The position numbers and the translations under genes were made by a program. A DNA stretch of 63,893 nt, counting the filler, from Octopus bimaculoides (taxonomy: Eukaryota), in NCBI RefSeq assembly GCF_001194135.2. It is 6 parts of 5 records of this genome, joined end to end, with 100 filler letters (N's around TTAATTAATTAA, not from the genome) between each part and the next. Parts side by side here need not be neighbours in the genome. Positions count along the whole stretch, not along the records: positions 1 to 31,576 come from NC_068981.1; 5 more parts are not named here. One strand, 5' to 3'. The notes beneath the pieces were generated by a model. It was not told the DNA's origin and ran no database searches. It worked only from the letters and a program-made list of their open reading frames with translations. Of the stretch, positions 11,880 to 24,456 are shown piece by piece (the stretch's first letter is position 1; each line of letters opens with the position of its first letter).

Positions 11880-13300
11880 CATGCTTGAAGTGCCGGTACC
11901 TTCAAAAACTATCAAAAAAAAAATCTAGCTAAAATACACACGTTGCTGAAAATTTAATTATTTTTACTCCAGACCGGAAGAACATTTACTGCTTGATTAT
12001 TCCTATAATATACACGTAGGCTGTCGTGAGGGGATTTATGAATTGACCTTCCTTGGATCTATACGTGCAAATATTTGAATGGAGACGGGTGAACTTGTTT
12101 TGGACAGGATGTAAAGTTATTTGGACTTATATTTCCCCTATCTATGTATTTTGTTGACGAAGGAAAAAAGCAAATTTTTGCTTTAATCCAGAAATTCACA
12201 ATTAACGTGATGTCTATTTCTTGAGAACACACTCTTCGTGGTAAGGCGATTTGACGTCTATCTGTAGCATATTAGGAATCCACTTTGGTGGTCATTCCTC
12301 TTAATTTGTATGTAATATAACTTTTAATCTTCGGATTTTTTAAATATGCTAAGCCACTGGTTTTAATTGATTAATATCAATTTCTACCCTCATTATTTGA
12401 TTTTTTAATTATACATACGNNNNNNNNNNNNNNNNNNNNNNNNNNNNNNNNNNNNNNNNNNNNNNNNNNNNNNNNNNNNNNNNNNNNNNNNNNNNNNNNN
12501 NNNNNGATTATTTTGAAGAACTTACATCTAATGTTGCAATAATTCATTAGCATCTGTTGTCTATAACTGAGCAACTACGGGGTTTGACTTCCATGGCGAA
12601 AAGTAGAAATCTTCTGGTGAGTTTGTCTTTGAACGTTTGAACAATAAAATCCCTGTCCTTCAGATGTACAACTCTTGTTTTTGATCCAAATGAAACAACG
12701 AAAAAGGCACAATTGTGGATGCAAATAATTTTACAAGAAAATGTTGATTTTTATTATTTTCATAAAAAAAAGGGCTCAATTCTTTACGATATGGCTATAC
12801 TTAAAGGAGCATAACAACAAAACATTTCCATTCCGGCAGTAATTCAGGGGTTAAGTTATAAATCTAAAGACCTTTTCAATGATTCCTAATGTCATAAGGT
12901 TCCTCAATCATGGGATTCCAGTTTTCTTGTTGTTTTCTTTTTTCTCTCTTGAAGTCTTTCTCTAATCTGTAATAAATATTCAATGCATTTTTTCTTCATA
13001 TTTTCTCTGCTTCTCTCATGCTCTTTCTGGGAACCTTGCCCTACCATTTGTTCTCCCTTCTTGTTCTGTCTCTTGTTAACTCAGGTCATGTATCTATATT
13101 ATATAAGATTGCATCGCATAAGAGACTTAATCTTCATTATTTAGCAGGCGATAGTTATTTGTATGACATCTCATAAGTTAAAATGATAGAGGATTAGAAA
13201 TATAAATTTGGTTTCAATTGAATAACTATATTCTTCGTCATCTTTTTCTTAGCACTACTACAACCATTGCCATATCTATTAACCACCATCTCTAACAACA
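11880..13300 (-). mobile_element. Helitron N-terminal region relic, probably the same element as 8850-10800
   Basis: Minus-strand YCRNGNVLL (cf. CCxxGKVxL), KIICIHNCAFFVVSFGSK (cf. IRxYNSAFAFTSxG) and VVAQL. The 12980-13100 segment is homologous to 10190-10320. Confidence 0.55.
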
Positions 13301-13536
13301 TACTACGACAAATTTCAATAATTCACATATGTGAGTGATTACATGTCCATGCATTGTTCCTTATTCCTTCGGCTGGCATCGCCTCCATCCACTAAACACT
13401 CCCCTCCCCCTCTCTCTCTCTCTCTTTGCTTGCCACTTCCCTCAGCATATCTCTTTTTCCTTCGACTGAATGGGGTTTCTATGGACACTACAGATATACG
13501 TTGGTACCAACATATCAATATTATGGATATATTTCC

Positions 13537-13750
13537 AAGGCAGCGAGATAGCAGAATCATGAGCACGCCAAGCAAAATGCTTAGCAGCATTTCGACAGTC
13601 GTTTCATTCTGAGTTCAAGTTCCGCCAAGATTGGCTTTGTGTGTCATCCTTTCGGGGTTTATAAAACAAATACCAGTTAATCACTGGGGTCGATGTAATC
13701 GACTGACCTGCTCTCCCAAAATTGCTGGCCTTGTGCCAAAATCTGAAGCC
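13537..13750 (+). mobile_element. SINE family A, diverged
   Basis: ggcagcgag..gcagaatc, aaatgcttagc, ttctgagttcaagttccgcc, catcctttcggggt, ctggggtcgatgtaatcgact. Confidence 0.8.
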
Positions 13751-13789
13751 GCTATTACGAATATGCCAACAAATCTATTATTCGAGTTT

Positions 13790-13980
13790 ATTTGTTCTCC
13801 AAAGAGTCAATATCGGGACGTCTGTTATCAGCTGCAATTGGTAACCAAATTCCTCACCAGCCACTGTCTTGGAAAAGGAATACCGATGCACGAAGAAAAA
13901 CATGATGCTTATGACTGGAAAGCCTTTGAACTTAGACCCGGTCGATTAATGCTGACCTGAGGCGAAATAACAATAACTTC
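13790..13980 (+). repeat. Dispersed retroposon 3'-end repeat with (aac)n-like tail
   Basis: Ends gtcgattaatgctgacctgaggcgaaataacaataac; a related inverted fragment lies near 21736-21810. Confidence 0.35.
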
Positions 13981-14750
13981 TGCTCCATTGATCCAATGTC
14001 TTCGTACTTTCTTTATATATCAAAAGAATCTCATTATGGTATAAATTCTTTGTTTATTAATAACTGTCACGGCTTCATTTTTTTTATTTGTTGTAAGTCT
14101 TAAATGCGAAACGTATTCCTCTCACCAGATTAACTATTTATAGTTTTAATTAATTAGCACTGTTATGTCAACTCATTTCAGTCTCCCTGGTCAGTGTTTG
14201 GTTTACTCAAACATTGTTCAATAATGTTTACCTCTCCACACTATAAATGTAGTTTCGATGACTTAAAATTATCCTGCTCACTACATCATTCATGTTAGCA
14301 TTTATCCCATTATTCTTTTTTAAAGCATTTAGTTTTTCCCTTGCAGTGGAATGCAAAAATAATCCGTCTGTGAAATTCATGATTCCCTCCAAATTCTAAA
14401 TTGGCCGAAATATTAGAAGAAAAACAGGGTATAAATATGTGAAAAAAACTATTGATTTATCATTTGTTCACATGGCTTGCACATTTTAAAAGCAGAACTG
14501 CATTAAATCAAAAGGAAAGCTCATCACATAAAGAAATATGGAATAAAAGATGTCTGCTAGAAATGCATAAAACTTAATGAAACCATAAATCTAAGCTGTT
14601 ATAGGCAGTCTTTGGGGAATTTGGGAAACATTCTTGTAACTCCGTATCTGTATTTTATTCAGACTAAAAGTAGAATGATATCAATATGAAGTTAATGGAT
14701 TTAGTGAGACATTTCATCTCTCCTATCGCATTCTGCTTGCTTAGATTTTC

Positions 14751-14762
14751 TCTCTTTCTCTT

Positions 14763-14817
<55 letters not shown>

Positions 14818-14820
14818 TTC
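14751..14820. repeat. (CT)n microsatellite
   Basis: Direct observation. Confidence 0.95.
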
Positions 14821-15018
14821 TATCCGTGATCTGATCTTCCGTCACTGCACTAACTCAATGGCATAGCATTTAATTCCAACAGGGTAAGATACAGAGACAT
14901 TTGTGGGATACTCTCAGACAACATGGCTTCAACATGGCCTCAACATAGCTTCAATAAGATAAATCTGGAAAATATATTGTTATATTTCGGAAGAGTCATA
15001 TGCGTGCATGCATACATG

Positions 15019-15058
<40 letters not shown>

Positions 15059-15501
15059 TACATACATACCAACACGTATGCATATATGTATGAATACGTA
15101 CATGCATGTATGCATATGTGTATGTATGTATGAAGTGGTTGTATAAAGTGGTTTCACGAGCAAAATGGTAGCAATAAATATGTTGTTTAGAACGAATATC
15201 TGTATTATAATGTAGTAGATAAATAAAACTACATTTCTATGGCATTAAGTTTCAAACTAAACAGAACGTTCTTCAAATACATGTAATTCAAGTAAAAGTT
15301 GACGGTTTTATGTAATGTCTTCCTTATCTACAGAAGCTTGTCGTGAAATACCGTCTGTCTTTGTGCAAAGTCAAAATAATAGCAAAGAGTGGTATCGGTC
15401 CCACACCAGAATACACACGCCTGAATACACATACGCTCAAAGATTAACAACAGACTTTTATATTTAATAGGGACACATTCTTTTATGAAATTAACTTCTG
15501 G

Positions 15502-15623
15502 AGTAAAGATTGTTTGCCAACATAACATGGCAGTCCTGGTTTAGGACGAATGTTACTGTAATTTAGCCCAGGAGACATCGTCTCCACTGGATATACGACA
15601 CGATCTGTGTCCTTATATTTTCG
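15502..15623 (-). mobile_element. Fragment of the retrozyme-like family
   Basis: agtaaagattgtttgccaacataacatggcagtcctggtttaggacgaatgttactg matches 31966-32088 closely. Confidence 0.75.
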
Positions 15624-16600
15624 TGTCGTATATAAATATTATAATGTTAGGGAATGTCAAAACCCGAACTTGCAAGAATATTCAATTTAATAATATCAAA
15701 TTGAATTATATAATGAAAAATATATTAACAGTTAGAGAAGAACCAACAAGAAGAAGGTCAGACATCATCAAGAAAAGCGTACTCTTCAATATACTAATTT
15801 AAAAACCTAAAAAATCCAAAAGAAAATTTATAATCCATAAATTCTATAAAAACTTAATTCAGTTTAGTAAATTTATAAAAGCGAAATTGAATAATAGACT
15901 ACGCGCGTTTCGTGGCAACATAATAGTGGAAAGGATCTGGTCAATTTACAATAAATCGGTAAAGATAAGTTCCCCTTTATACATATGTATATATAAAATT
16001 TCTTTTATAAAGAAATATCTTATATAAACAGACATATGTCGGGAATGTTATTACTGAGTTTTGTTTGTGTTTTCGGAAAGGAACTAAATACTTTCGATTC
16101 ACAAGACAAAGAAAGAGAGATAAAGAGAGAGTGATAGAGAGAGAGTGAGAGACTTAATGATATAACACAGATCTAACTGTATAGCTGTGTCGTTTGATAG
16201 TGTACAATGTTGAAATTCAATAAACTGGCGATGATAATATGCAGCGGATATTAGTCTCGATGTTTTAGTTTGTTGTAAAGAACTTGTGGAATTTTGTGGT
16301 CACATGTCAGGAATAATATTATACAAATATTTTATTAAATTAGAAGAAAGAGAAACACAGTCAAAGATATTGATTGATTATAGAAAAAGAGATGGTGCTA
16401 TCGATAAGGACACAGTTTGTGACTGTGATACATGCTGATTGAAAATGTCGTTGTATATTAACAGAAGAAAGAGGAACTAAGAGAGAACGAAATCAATGCA
16501 CAGGTGGTGAAGTTAGATATTGACAAATACGAGGAAGGTTAAAAATATGTTACACTACATGTTAACTATTAATTATAGTTATACTTCACTGGACCTGTAC

Positions 16601-16700
16601 AGGTGGCGTGGTTGGGTGGTAAGAAGTTTGCTTCACAACCACATAGCTCCGGGTTCAGTCCCACCTTGTAGGTGGATTTGGTGGACAGAAACTAGTCATA
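16601..16700 (+). mobile_element. SINE family B 5' fragment (internally deleted), host of a nested family A insertion
   Basis: ggcgtggttgggtggtaagaagtttgctt..accacat..ccgggttcagtcccac joined to ggatttggtggacagaaact. Confidence 0.75.
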
Positions 16701-16709
16701 TATATGTGT

Positions 16710-16942
16710 AAGGCGGCGAGCTGGCAGAAACGTTAGCACACCGGGCAAAATGCTTAGTGGTATTTCGTCTGCCGCTACGTTCTGAGTTCAAATTCCGCCG
16801 AGGTCGACTTTGCCTTTCATCCTTTCGGGGTCGATTAAATAAGTACCAGTTACGCACTGGAGTCGATGTAATCGACTTAATCCGTTTGTCTGTCCTTGGT
16901 TGTCCCCTCTGTGTGTAGCCCCTTGTGAACAATAAAGAAATA
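16710..16942 (+). mobile_element. SINE family A with target-site duplication
   Basis: Well-preserved copy. agaaactagtca(ca)tatatatgtgt is duplicated at 16687-16709 and from 16943. Confidence 0.9.
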
Positions 16943-17089
16943 AGAAACTAGTCACATATATATGTGTGTGTGACTGTTAAATGTCATTGGCACTAGTATT
17001 TGAGCTGATTTGCTAACTGCTAGGGGCTGTATATGACTGCTGATGTTGCGTACTGGCTGGTGTTTCTAGCGTCAGAGGTTAGCAATTGT

Positions 17090-17474
17090 CTCCGCCACTC
17101 TGTCGGTTGCGACAACGAGGGTTCCAGTTGATCCAATCAACGGAACAGCCTGCTTGTGAAATTAACGTGCAAGTGACTAAGCACTCCGCAGACACGTGTA
17201 CCCTCAAAGTAGTTCTCGGGGAGATTCAACGTGACACAGAGTGTGACAAGGCTGGACCTTTGAAATACAGGTACAACAGAAACAGGAAGAAAAAGTGAGA
17301 GAAAACTGTGGTGAAAGAGTACAGCAGGGTTTGCCATCATCCCTTGCCGGAGTCTCGTGGAGCTTTTAGGTGTTTTCGCTCAATAAACACTCACAACGCC
17401 CGGTCTGGGAATCGAAACTGTGATCCCATGACCGCGATTCCACTGCTCTAACCACTGGGCCATTGTGCCTCCTC
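17090..17474 (-). mobile_element. tRNA-derived SINE, family C tail with a different head and body; 9-bp TSD
   Basis: Minus-strand head ggaggcacaatggcccagtggttagagc..gtttcgattccc (A and B boxes). TSD agcaattgt at 17081-17089 and 17475-17483. Confidence 0.85.
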
Positions 17475-18028
17475 AGCAATTGTACCTAGAAAGAAATGAC
17501 GAATTTTGCTGAAATTTTTATGAACAAACTTTTTACTCGTTGAGACAGTTTGATTGTTATCAAAATAGTATTACAATATATGTTGAGAGAGTTTGATTGT
17601 TGTTGTAATTGTATTTGAAATGCTGTGTTTCATTGTGTTTCTGTGGATATTTCATTATTATGATATCGGCTAGGTTCTGTTGCTGCTTGTGTCTGTTTGC
17701 CATCCGTCTGATGTCTAAGCTATATCCCAAAGCTCTCTGGGTTGTGTTGCATGTGTGTGTGATTTTGAACAGATTGAGAGGCTGAGAAAGGAATGCACCA
17801 AAAGTTGATATGGTTATTGCAGCCGATTCCGTATGAAGTCGTGATTGGTCAGAGTTTGTTGATCATGTGAGTGATATTCTTTCTAGGCGAAGTCATGATT
17901 GGTCAGACTCACTGGTTATGTGGACAACATTCCAATGAATCATGACATTTGGGTGATTACTGAATATTCTCACTACATATATGTGTGTGTATGCATTTGC
18001 ATATGTGTGTGCGCGCACGCGCGCGTTT

Positions 18029-18240
18029 TTGTGTCTGTGTTTGTCCCCCCCCCACACACACACAGCTTGATAACCAGTATTGGCGTGTTTACGTCCCCAT
18101 AACTCAGTGGTTTGGCAAAAGAGACTGACAGAATAAGTACTAGGTTTAAAAATGTACTGGGGTCGATTCATTCAACTAAAAAGTTCTTCAAGGCAGTGCC
18201 CCAGCATGACCACAGTCTAATGGCAGACGCAAGTAAGAGA
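18029..18240 (+). mobile_element. SINE family B, 3' part
   Basis: gtgtctgtgtttgtcccc..cttgataacc..gtgtttacgtcccc..agaataagtactagg..ctggggtcgatt..cagcatgacc.cagtc. Confidence 0.8.
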
Positions 18241-18345
18241 TTAAATGTACCTGCGCAATCTCAGAGTTAGTCTTCATTGTATGTGCGAGTATGGGTGAAG
18301 GCCAATGCCGTAGTGGTTAAGGTGTAACGCTCGCATTCATAAGAT

Positions 18346-18795
18346 TATAGCTAATTCTAAACCGAATTGCTAGGGAGCCAAGTAGTCATCGCAGCCAAGT
18401 CACAGTAGTTTCACGTGATGGACCGCTTAACCACCCAATCAGCGTCAAGTCATCACGTTCTAGAAATTTCTTATTGAGCCGTATATAAAGCTGATTTTAA
18501 CGGTAACCTCAGAATGCTGAGACCGTCACTCGATGTCTCCAATCTGATTGCATCATTGGCAGATAGAAAGCATGAGTTTTATCATCATGAATATAGTGCG
18601 ATTATTTTCCATTTGTCATGGACCAGCCAACTAACCTGTTGTAGCTCTGAGTAGCACGTCTCGCCTGGTGTATAATCGTTGCTGTTAGTTTTTTGTCAAA
18701 AGACCAACACAGAAAACACAATGTGCAGTAAATAAAGCTTCAGTTCAGTGTTCGAAAGTATTGCTAATTACTTCTACACGCAGCCCTAGAAATGT
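18346..18795 (+). mobile_element. Second copy of the solo LTR-like family
   Basis: acagtagtttcacgtgat, cccaatcagcgtcaa, tatataaag, gaccagcca, aataaa and ttacttct.cacgcagccc are colinear with 6050-6565 (-). Abuts a SINE head fragment at 18295-18345. Confidence 0.55.
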
Positions 18796-19289
18796 AATAA
18801 TTTGGAGAAATTTTGGTCAAATTATTTCAGATTTTGTAGCTTGTTATTATTTTTGTTGTTATTTAGTGCTAATAAAGCCGACGAATAATCAGAGCCATTC
18901 TAGACATGACCATCCAACCCTTTACCCACACATTATATATTAAATGCTTGTTCTCAATTAATAAGAGAAAAAAGGTAATTTGAGGGATTTAGCTATTATT
19001 TCTAATCACATAATGGCAAGCTCATTGGGTTGTTTCTATGATTAGGTAGAGTTTATTATTCTGAAAATATTAAGAAACCCGCTAATCTAATTTGCCTGTT
19101 GATTCTTGTATAGAAAACCTTCGTGCTTTATTATATCTACGTTCAAGGTTAGAACGTCTTTGTTCTGAGAAGTGCAGGCAGGCTTCGGTCTGTTATGAAC
19201 CCCAAGACCCATGACATATCTCAGTCATTTATACATGGTATATAATTAATAGCAGTTATGTTACAACATTTCACCCTGTATGAGACGCC

Positions 19290-19460
19290 AGTCTGTCGCA
19301 AGGTTGACCCACCAGCGATTGTTGCAACTTATTTTCAGGTAAGAAGTCTACAGCAACGTGAAATTAAGTGTTCTTTTCAAGAATACAGCACACAGCTCTG
19401 TCCAAGAATCGAAACCACGAATATAAGTTGATGAATACAACATCCTATTCCCTACATCAC
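19290..19460 (-). mobile_element. Diverged SINE family C-like head and body fragment
   Basis: gcaacgtgaaattaagtgttcttttcaagaatacagc..gaatcgaaaccacga resembles 7765-7830. Confidence 0.5.
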
Positions 19461-20279
19461 GTGCTTACACACATACAGGTGGGTATTTAAATGTTAGTAA
19501 AGTATGTGCTACGTTAATTCTTACCAAGCCAAGGAATTGTGAAATAACTCAATATTTAACTTTTGGTTTATCTGTAAATAAATCTATTTTGCTCTGTCTT
19601 GTTCGCATTATTGGTCAAAAGAACATAGCAGGAAATCAAAGTACAGTTCAGTACAGTTAGGAAATATCTAATTTTAAAGATTCTCTTTGCTATTAATTGC
19701 TGGTAGGTACACCGTATTTCGTTGTGCAACCATAATATACTTCCAAGTTTATTAAAGGTGTTTTAAGTGGATACTGTGTCCTACCGTGTTAGCAATGAGA
19801 TTCAATCACTTGTTAAAGTTATCTCTGCAGATCTTCTATAGAAATTAGAACCAGCTGGTCTTACAGAGATATTAGTTGTTGTATCACTGATGTTATTAGA
19901 ACGAAGGGGGTTACTTATTTAACTATAGAATTCCTTAAAAGCATTATCCCCTTTAACCAAGAAGTAATGTAAATTTGTGTTGAGAGGAAAATGGCAGTAA
20001 GAGAAATTGTCAGGTAAACATCAATAATGGAAAATTTTAAAGGGAAGACGTTTCTCTTTGGCATCCATTTTCTCCTTAATTTCTAATGAAACAATGAGGT
20101 AGCTTTTAACAGTAACTCAACCTGTTGGAAGTAATAGATTTGAGGGAAATTTAGTTGCTATTTCTGGTTATTCGATGACCACTTAAAGGCTCTGCCTTTA
20201 ACTCAGGAAGATCGTATTTTAGTATGGACTTGTAAAGAGAATATACGAGTGAAACAGAAAGAAAAGGCTCAGCCGGTAA

Positions 20280-20640
20280 TAGTTATGTTAGAAGAGTATC
20301 AATTATAAACTGCAACAACATTTCTTCACTTTCTATCTTGTCATCTTCTTTCCCCAGAACAGCACTTTATACAACTCCTGTCTCCTTCAATCCAGCCCCA
20401 CAACTTCACATATTTTTTTAACACCTTCATCCTACCTTTAAGCGTGACTACAATTCACGTAATGGTTCATAGTTTCTTCATACCTTACTACATCCAGTCG
20501 AGATAATTTGCCTGCTTCCTTAGGAGATAACTCAAGTCTGCAGCCTGTCAGTTCAATTGTTGAGGTTAAAACTGCCTGAATCTCACCGTTTGTGGAATTG
20601 CATAACACTACAAATCTCCTGTTTCTCTCCTACATCAGGT
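20280..20640 (-). mobile_element. Degenerate RTE-clade LINE C-terminal fragment
   Basis: Minus-strand ctcgactggatgt (LRWMC-like) and gtgttaaaaaaatatgtgaagttgtgggg (VKKC..VEG-like); heavily decayed. Confidence 0.35.
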
Positions 20641-20789
20641 ATTACTATAAATTATTCTGTGAAACACAGCTAGATCAACTAGTATTAACCAACTGTGCCA
20701 GTATTTGAAGTTGCTCTTTCTTGCTAAGGACAACATCAAATCATATTTCAGAAATACTTTGTCTGCATTCTTGAACTATATAAACCATC

Positions 20790-21030
20790 ATTGTCATCGT
20801 CATCATCATTTCAAGTCCACATTCCATTCTGGTACAGATTGGACGGTCTGACAGGATCTTTCGTACCCAAAGACTACATTGTACTCTAGTGTCTGTTTTG
20901 GTTTGGTTTCTAATGCCAGATACTTTGCCTAATGCCAACCACTTTATAGCGAGTGTGTAGTGAGTATTTCGGGTTACCAGCAGCACTAGTGAGGTTGCCA
21001 TGCAACTTGCAAGATTATGAATCCTTAGGG
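20790..21030 (-). mobile_element. Retroposon 3' end with (GAT)n tail
   Basis: catcatcat tract then ttggacggtctgacag..tgcctaatgccaaccacttta; homologous to 24620-24825. Confidence 0.6.
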
Positions 21031-21059
21031 GTCAACTTGATGCTAGGACATGAGGAGTG

Positions 21060-21470
21060 AATAGGGGTAAAGTATGAGAGCAGAAGTAGTTTCTTGCTGT
21101 TGAGGAGCTACATGGCTACTGGCATTTTAGAAGAGAGGGTAGAAGTGATGGGATGGAGCTGAAAAGCAATAAGAATAGTGGTGATGAGGGACCAGGGTGG
21201 ACATTCAAGGTTTGAGGTGGGTAGGAATATGTGGAGCAGAGTTGCCAAGAATGAGACGGGATGTAGGGGATGTCTGGTAGTGGAGAATAAGTAGAATAGT
21301 AACAACGATGCATCAGACAGGAGAAGGATGAAAGAGAGATGATTCCCATGTTGGGTTGGTTGCAGGAGTGGATAGGAAACTGAGGAGAAGCAGACGCCAT
21401 GAATGTGGAGAGTGAGAAGCATGGTAGTGGAGGGAAGAGGCAGAGTTTGGTGGCTCAGATACGTTTTATT
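21060..21470 (-). mobile_element. L2/CR1-type LINE endonuclease relic
   Basis: LLQPTQHGNHLSFILL resembles the APE motif PTHxxGNxLDLIL; C-rich coding-like composition. Confidence 0.4.
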
Positions 21471-23280
21471 ATTAATACGAATTAACATTGAATGCTTACA
21501 TAATTTTAATAGATTCGTATAATTTTATTTAATGTTTTAGAAAATATTTCCTGTTCTATCTAATTATATATATTATGTCATACGTAGTCTTATTCAATAT
21601 CTTAACTGATTTAATCTCTCATATATTTGATGTCTTATCTAATTTCATTGAATAGTTTAATTTTCAGTGAGTGACTCGCTAAAGTATATTTAATGTCCCC
21701 TGGAATTTTATTCAATGTATTACATAACTGCACATGATGTTGTTTAACCCAAGATACACAGATCAAGCAGACCGATGAAGAATAGCTTTCCAACAGTGAC
21801 CGTCATGTGTTTTTGTGTATCATTGACTTCATTTTCAATATATCCTTCTTTATTTAAGATAGTTTGCTGTGATTTGTAGAAAGTTTCGTTGGTATTTCTA
21901 GCAAGTGAAGCTCCTGTTTGGAGGCTGTTTTGTTGGCTCGTTCCTTACATAATTATATTTAAAGCTATTTTTAATTATATTCATTGACTTATCTAATTTT
22001 ACTGCTTTACTTCATTTTAAATTTCTTTCGTTTCATAAAGCTTGTCTTCAAAACTTCTTTGCGTGTTTGTTTGCCAATGATAAGACATTCAGTTGCTGGT
22101 GAGCTAAAGAGGAGCTTTTTCTGGCATGATCATTCGATCTCCTAAAAGTAGCAACCTAAAATTAAAACATGGTCTGGTTTTCACATTTTTTATTATGGTA
22201 TTTTAACATTAAAAAAAAAATATTTTGTAATGTTCATAAAGTTCAAATAGCACTTTCATACATTCGTAGTAATCATCAGATTTCAAAATGTATTTAACTG
22301 ACGGTTGAGTTTTTGACATCTGTAGTAAAGTGACTGACTTCTTCGTTTTAATACTTCTTAGAAGGCACCAACAAGCTGAATTTTTCGAATATGATTCTGA
22401 CCAATTCACATACAGCTCAAACGTAACGGTTTGTCAGGCGTACTGATATTACTAGCATAGATCCCGCCTTTATTTTAACCAATTAGCTTGCGGTTTACAT
22501 GTAATAGTTTTAGGAGTGAGCAAACTCATTTGGTTTCGATTGTTTTTATTTTTTATGTAATATGTTTATATTCATATTTTAGAGATATTTTTTAACCCAC
22601 GTCATTAACTGGTTGTTATATTTTTGTTGTTATTTCCGTTCAGAACAGGTTTGAACATTTTAATAAACCATTTTTCTTTTATATTTCTTCCAACCTCACT
22701 TGTGTCTTGTAGTTTATGGAAAAGAAAAAATTAGAAACAGTTCCTGACCACATGTTTCTATATATTCGCTCAGCGGAACTTGGCAAACATTGGTGTTGCG
22801 CATTTGTTGTCTGTAGACTTGTGAGTGTTCCAATAATGCATTCCCTGTCTCGCCAATATATAGGATCTCACAATTTGGGTACTAAATGCAGTAGATAAAA
22901 TTTATGCATTTACAGTTCATATCTGCATTTGTGAAAACCTGTCCATTTTTTGTTCTAATGGATCTACCAGTATGCACGTATTGACACGTTCCTCATCTGT
23001 TAACATTACACTTGGATACTGTCAATGTTTTATCCTATTTGTTCGTGTTGAATCTTGCCTTTGTTAATAGTTTCTTTAGATTATGTGGTTGCCTTTTGCT
23101 TAAGGTAAGTGTTTTATTAGTTATGTTTTTTTTAATTTTTCACTCTATCTATAGAGACAGTTAACAATGAAAATAACACACTGCTAACACAAAGGAATCC
23201 ATTGTATTGACTTATAAGTCTTTAATATACTCGGTCGTCTGTTGTGGTTGCAAAACGAAATATGGTGTCTCTGTTAGTAA

Positions 23281-23321
<41 letters not shown>

Positions 23322-23733
23322 TTAAACAAAACAGCACCATAGCTCTATTACAGTTGTTCATATTACACATCAATGAGTATTAATGACAAAAATCAAGACA
23401 ATAACGGAGATGAGGGTGAGAGACATTATTTTAGCTCTCACAAAAACAACAATATTATACAAAACCCAAAAAGCAAGAGGAGAAAACTGTAATTGGAGAT
23501 TTTATAGAAAAATAAACATGATTCTCACGGTGGTGCACCAGCATGACCGCAACCACTTGGCTGAAACACATAAATAAATAAATAAATGATGTTTGCAGTT
23601 TGTCATAGACTTAGAGCAATATTTTATTAATATATTTTGAAGAATGACGACTGTCGTATGAAGGCTTGGCAGGTGGTGCTTACAGCAAGCCATGTATTCA
23701 ACGAATGATACAGCAACTCAACACCTGGCTTAA

Positions 23734-23957
23734 CCCTTTCGTTATTGTATTTATTTTGAGATGCTCACTGTTTCTTTCAATTACTTTTAAATATAACAAG
23801 GAATTTAGTAAAATAACTTAGTTATCATTCAGCTAGTGTTAGGAACATAAATTGTGACTAAGGTTTCGTGGAAGATTTTAATTCAAAACTTATGAAAACA
23901 AGACATTTGTACTCAGAGACAGAGGTGATTTCAGCCAGGTTGGTATCAAAAGCGCTA
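23734..23957 (-). mobile_element. piggyBac-like MITE family D (TTAA target)
   Basis: ttaa-ccctttcgtta at the left end; reverse complement of 24235-24456; degenerate right end aaaagcgctaa. Confidence 0.8.
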
Positions 23958-24029
23958 AGAGGACTTACCTATCACTTGATACAACCATTATCAAAAGAAC
24001 ATAAAACCACAACATCGACTCTCCCTTAA

Positions 24030-24230
24030 CCCTTTATCATTTAAACCAACCATATCAGACTCGAATATTCCACCTTTTTATGCTGAAATTGACCAGATCC
24101 AACCTCTCACACTTACCCTACAATGATATTATAAAAACTAACAATCATACCATTGAAATCTAAAATCTATGAGATAATCCATGATTGATTTAAAACATGT
24201 GAGTAAATAAGTAATCTGAATGCTAAAGGA
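24030..24230. mobile_element. piggyBac-like MITE of a second family, sharing a TTAA with the next MITE
   Basis: ttaa(24026-29)-ccctttatcatt ... aatgctaaagga-ttaa(24231-34); imperfect TIR. Confidence 0.7.
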
Positions 24231-24234
24231 TTAA

Positions 24235-24456
24235 CCCTTTCAATACCAACCCGGCTGAAACCAGCTTTGGTTCTGTAGTACAAATGTCTTGTTTTCATAA
24301 GTTTTGAATTAAAATCTTCCACCAAATCTTAGTCACAATTTATGTTCCTAACACTAGCTGAATGATAACTAAGTTATTTCACTAAATTCTTTGTTATATT
24401 TAAAATTAATTGAAAGAAACACAGAGCATCCCAACAGAAATGTGGTAACAAAAGGG
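24235..24456 (+). mobile_element. piggyBac-like MITE family D, complete with TTAA duplication
   Basis: ttaa-ccctttcaatacc ... ggtaacaaaaggg-ttaa. Confidence 0.85.

Noticed and set aside
15895-15945. Minus-strand GAAACGCGCGUA, resembling the 3' half of a PLE hammerhead
   Set aside because: No CUGANGA (best match 4 of 7) and no stem II; may be a very old HHR but unsupported
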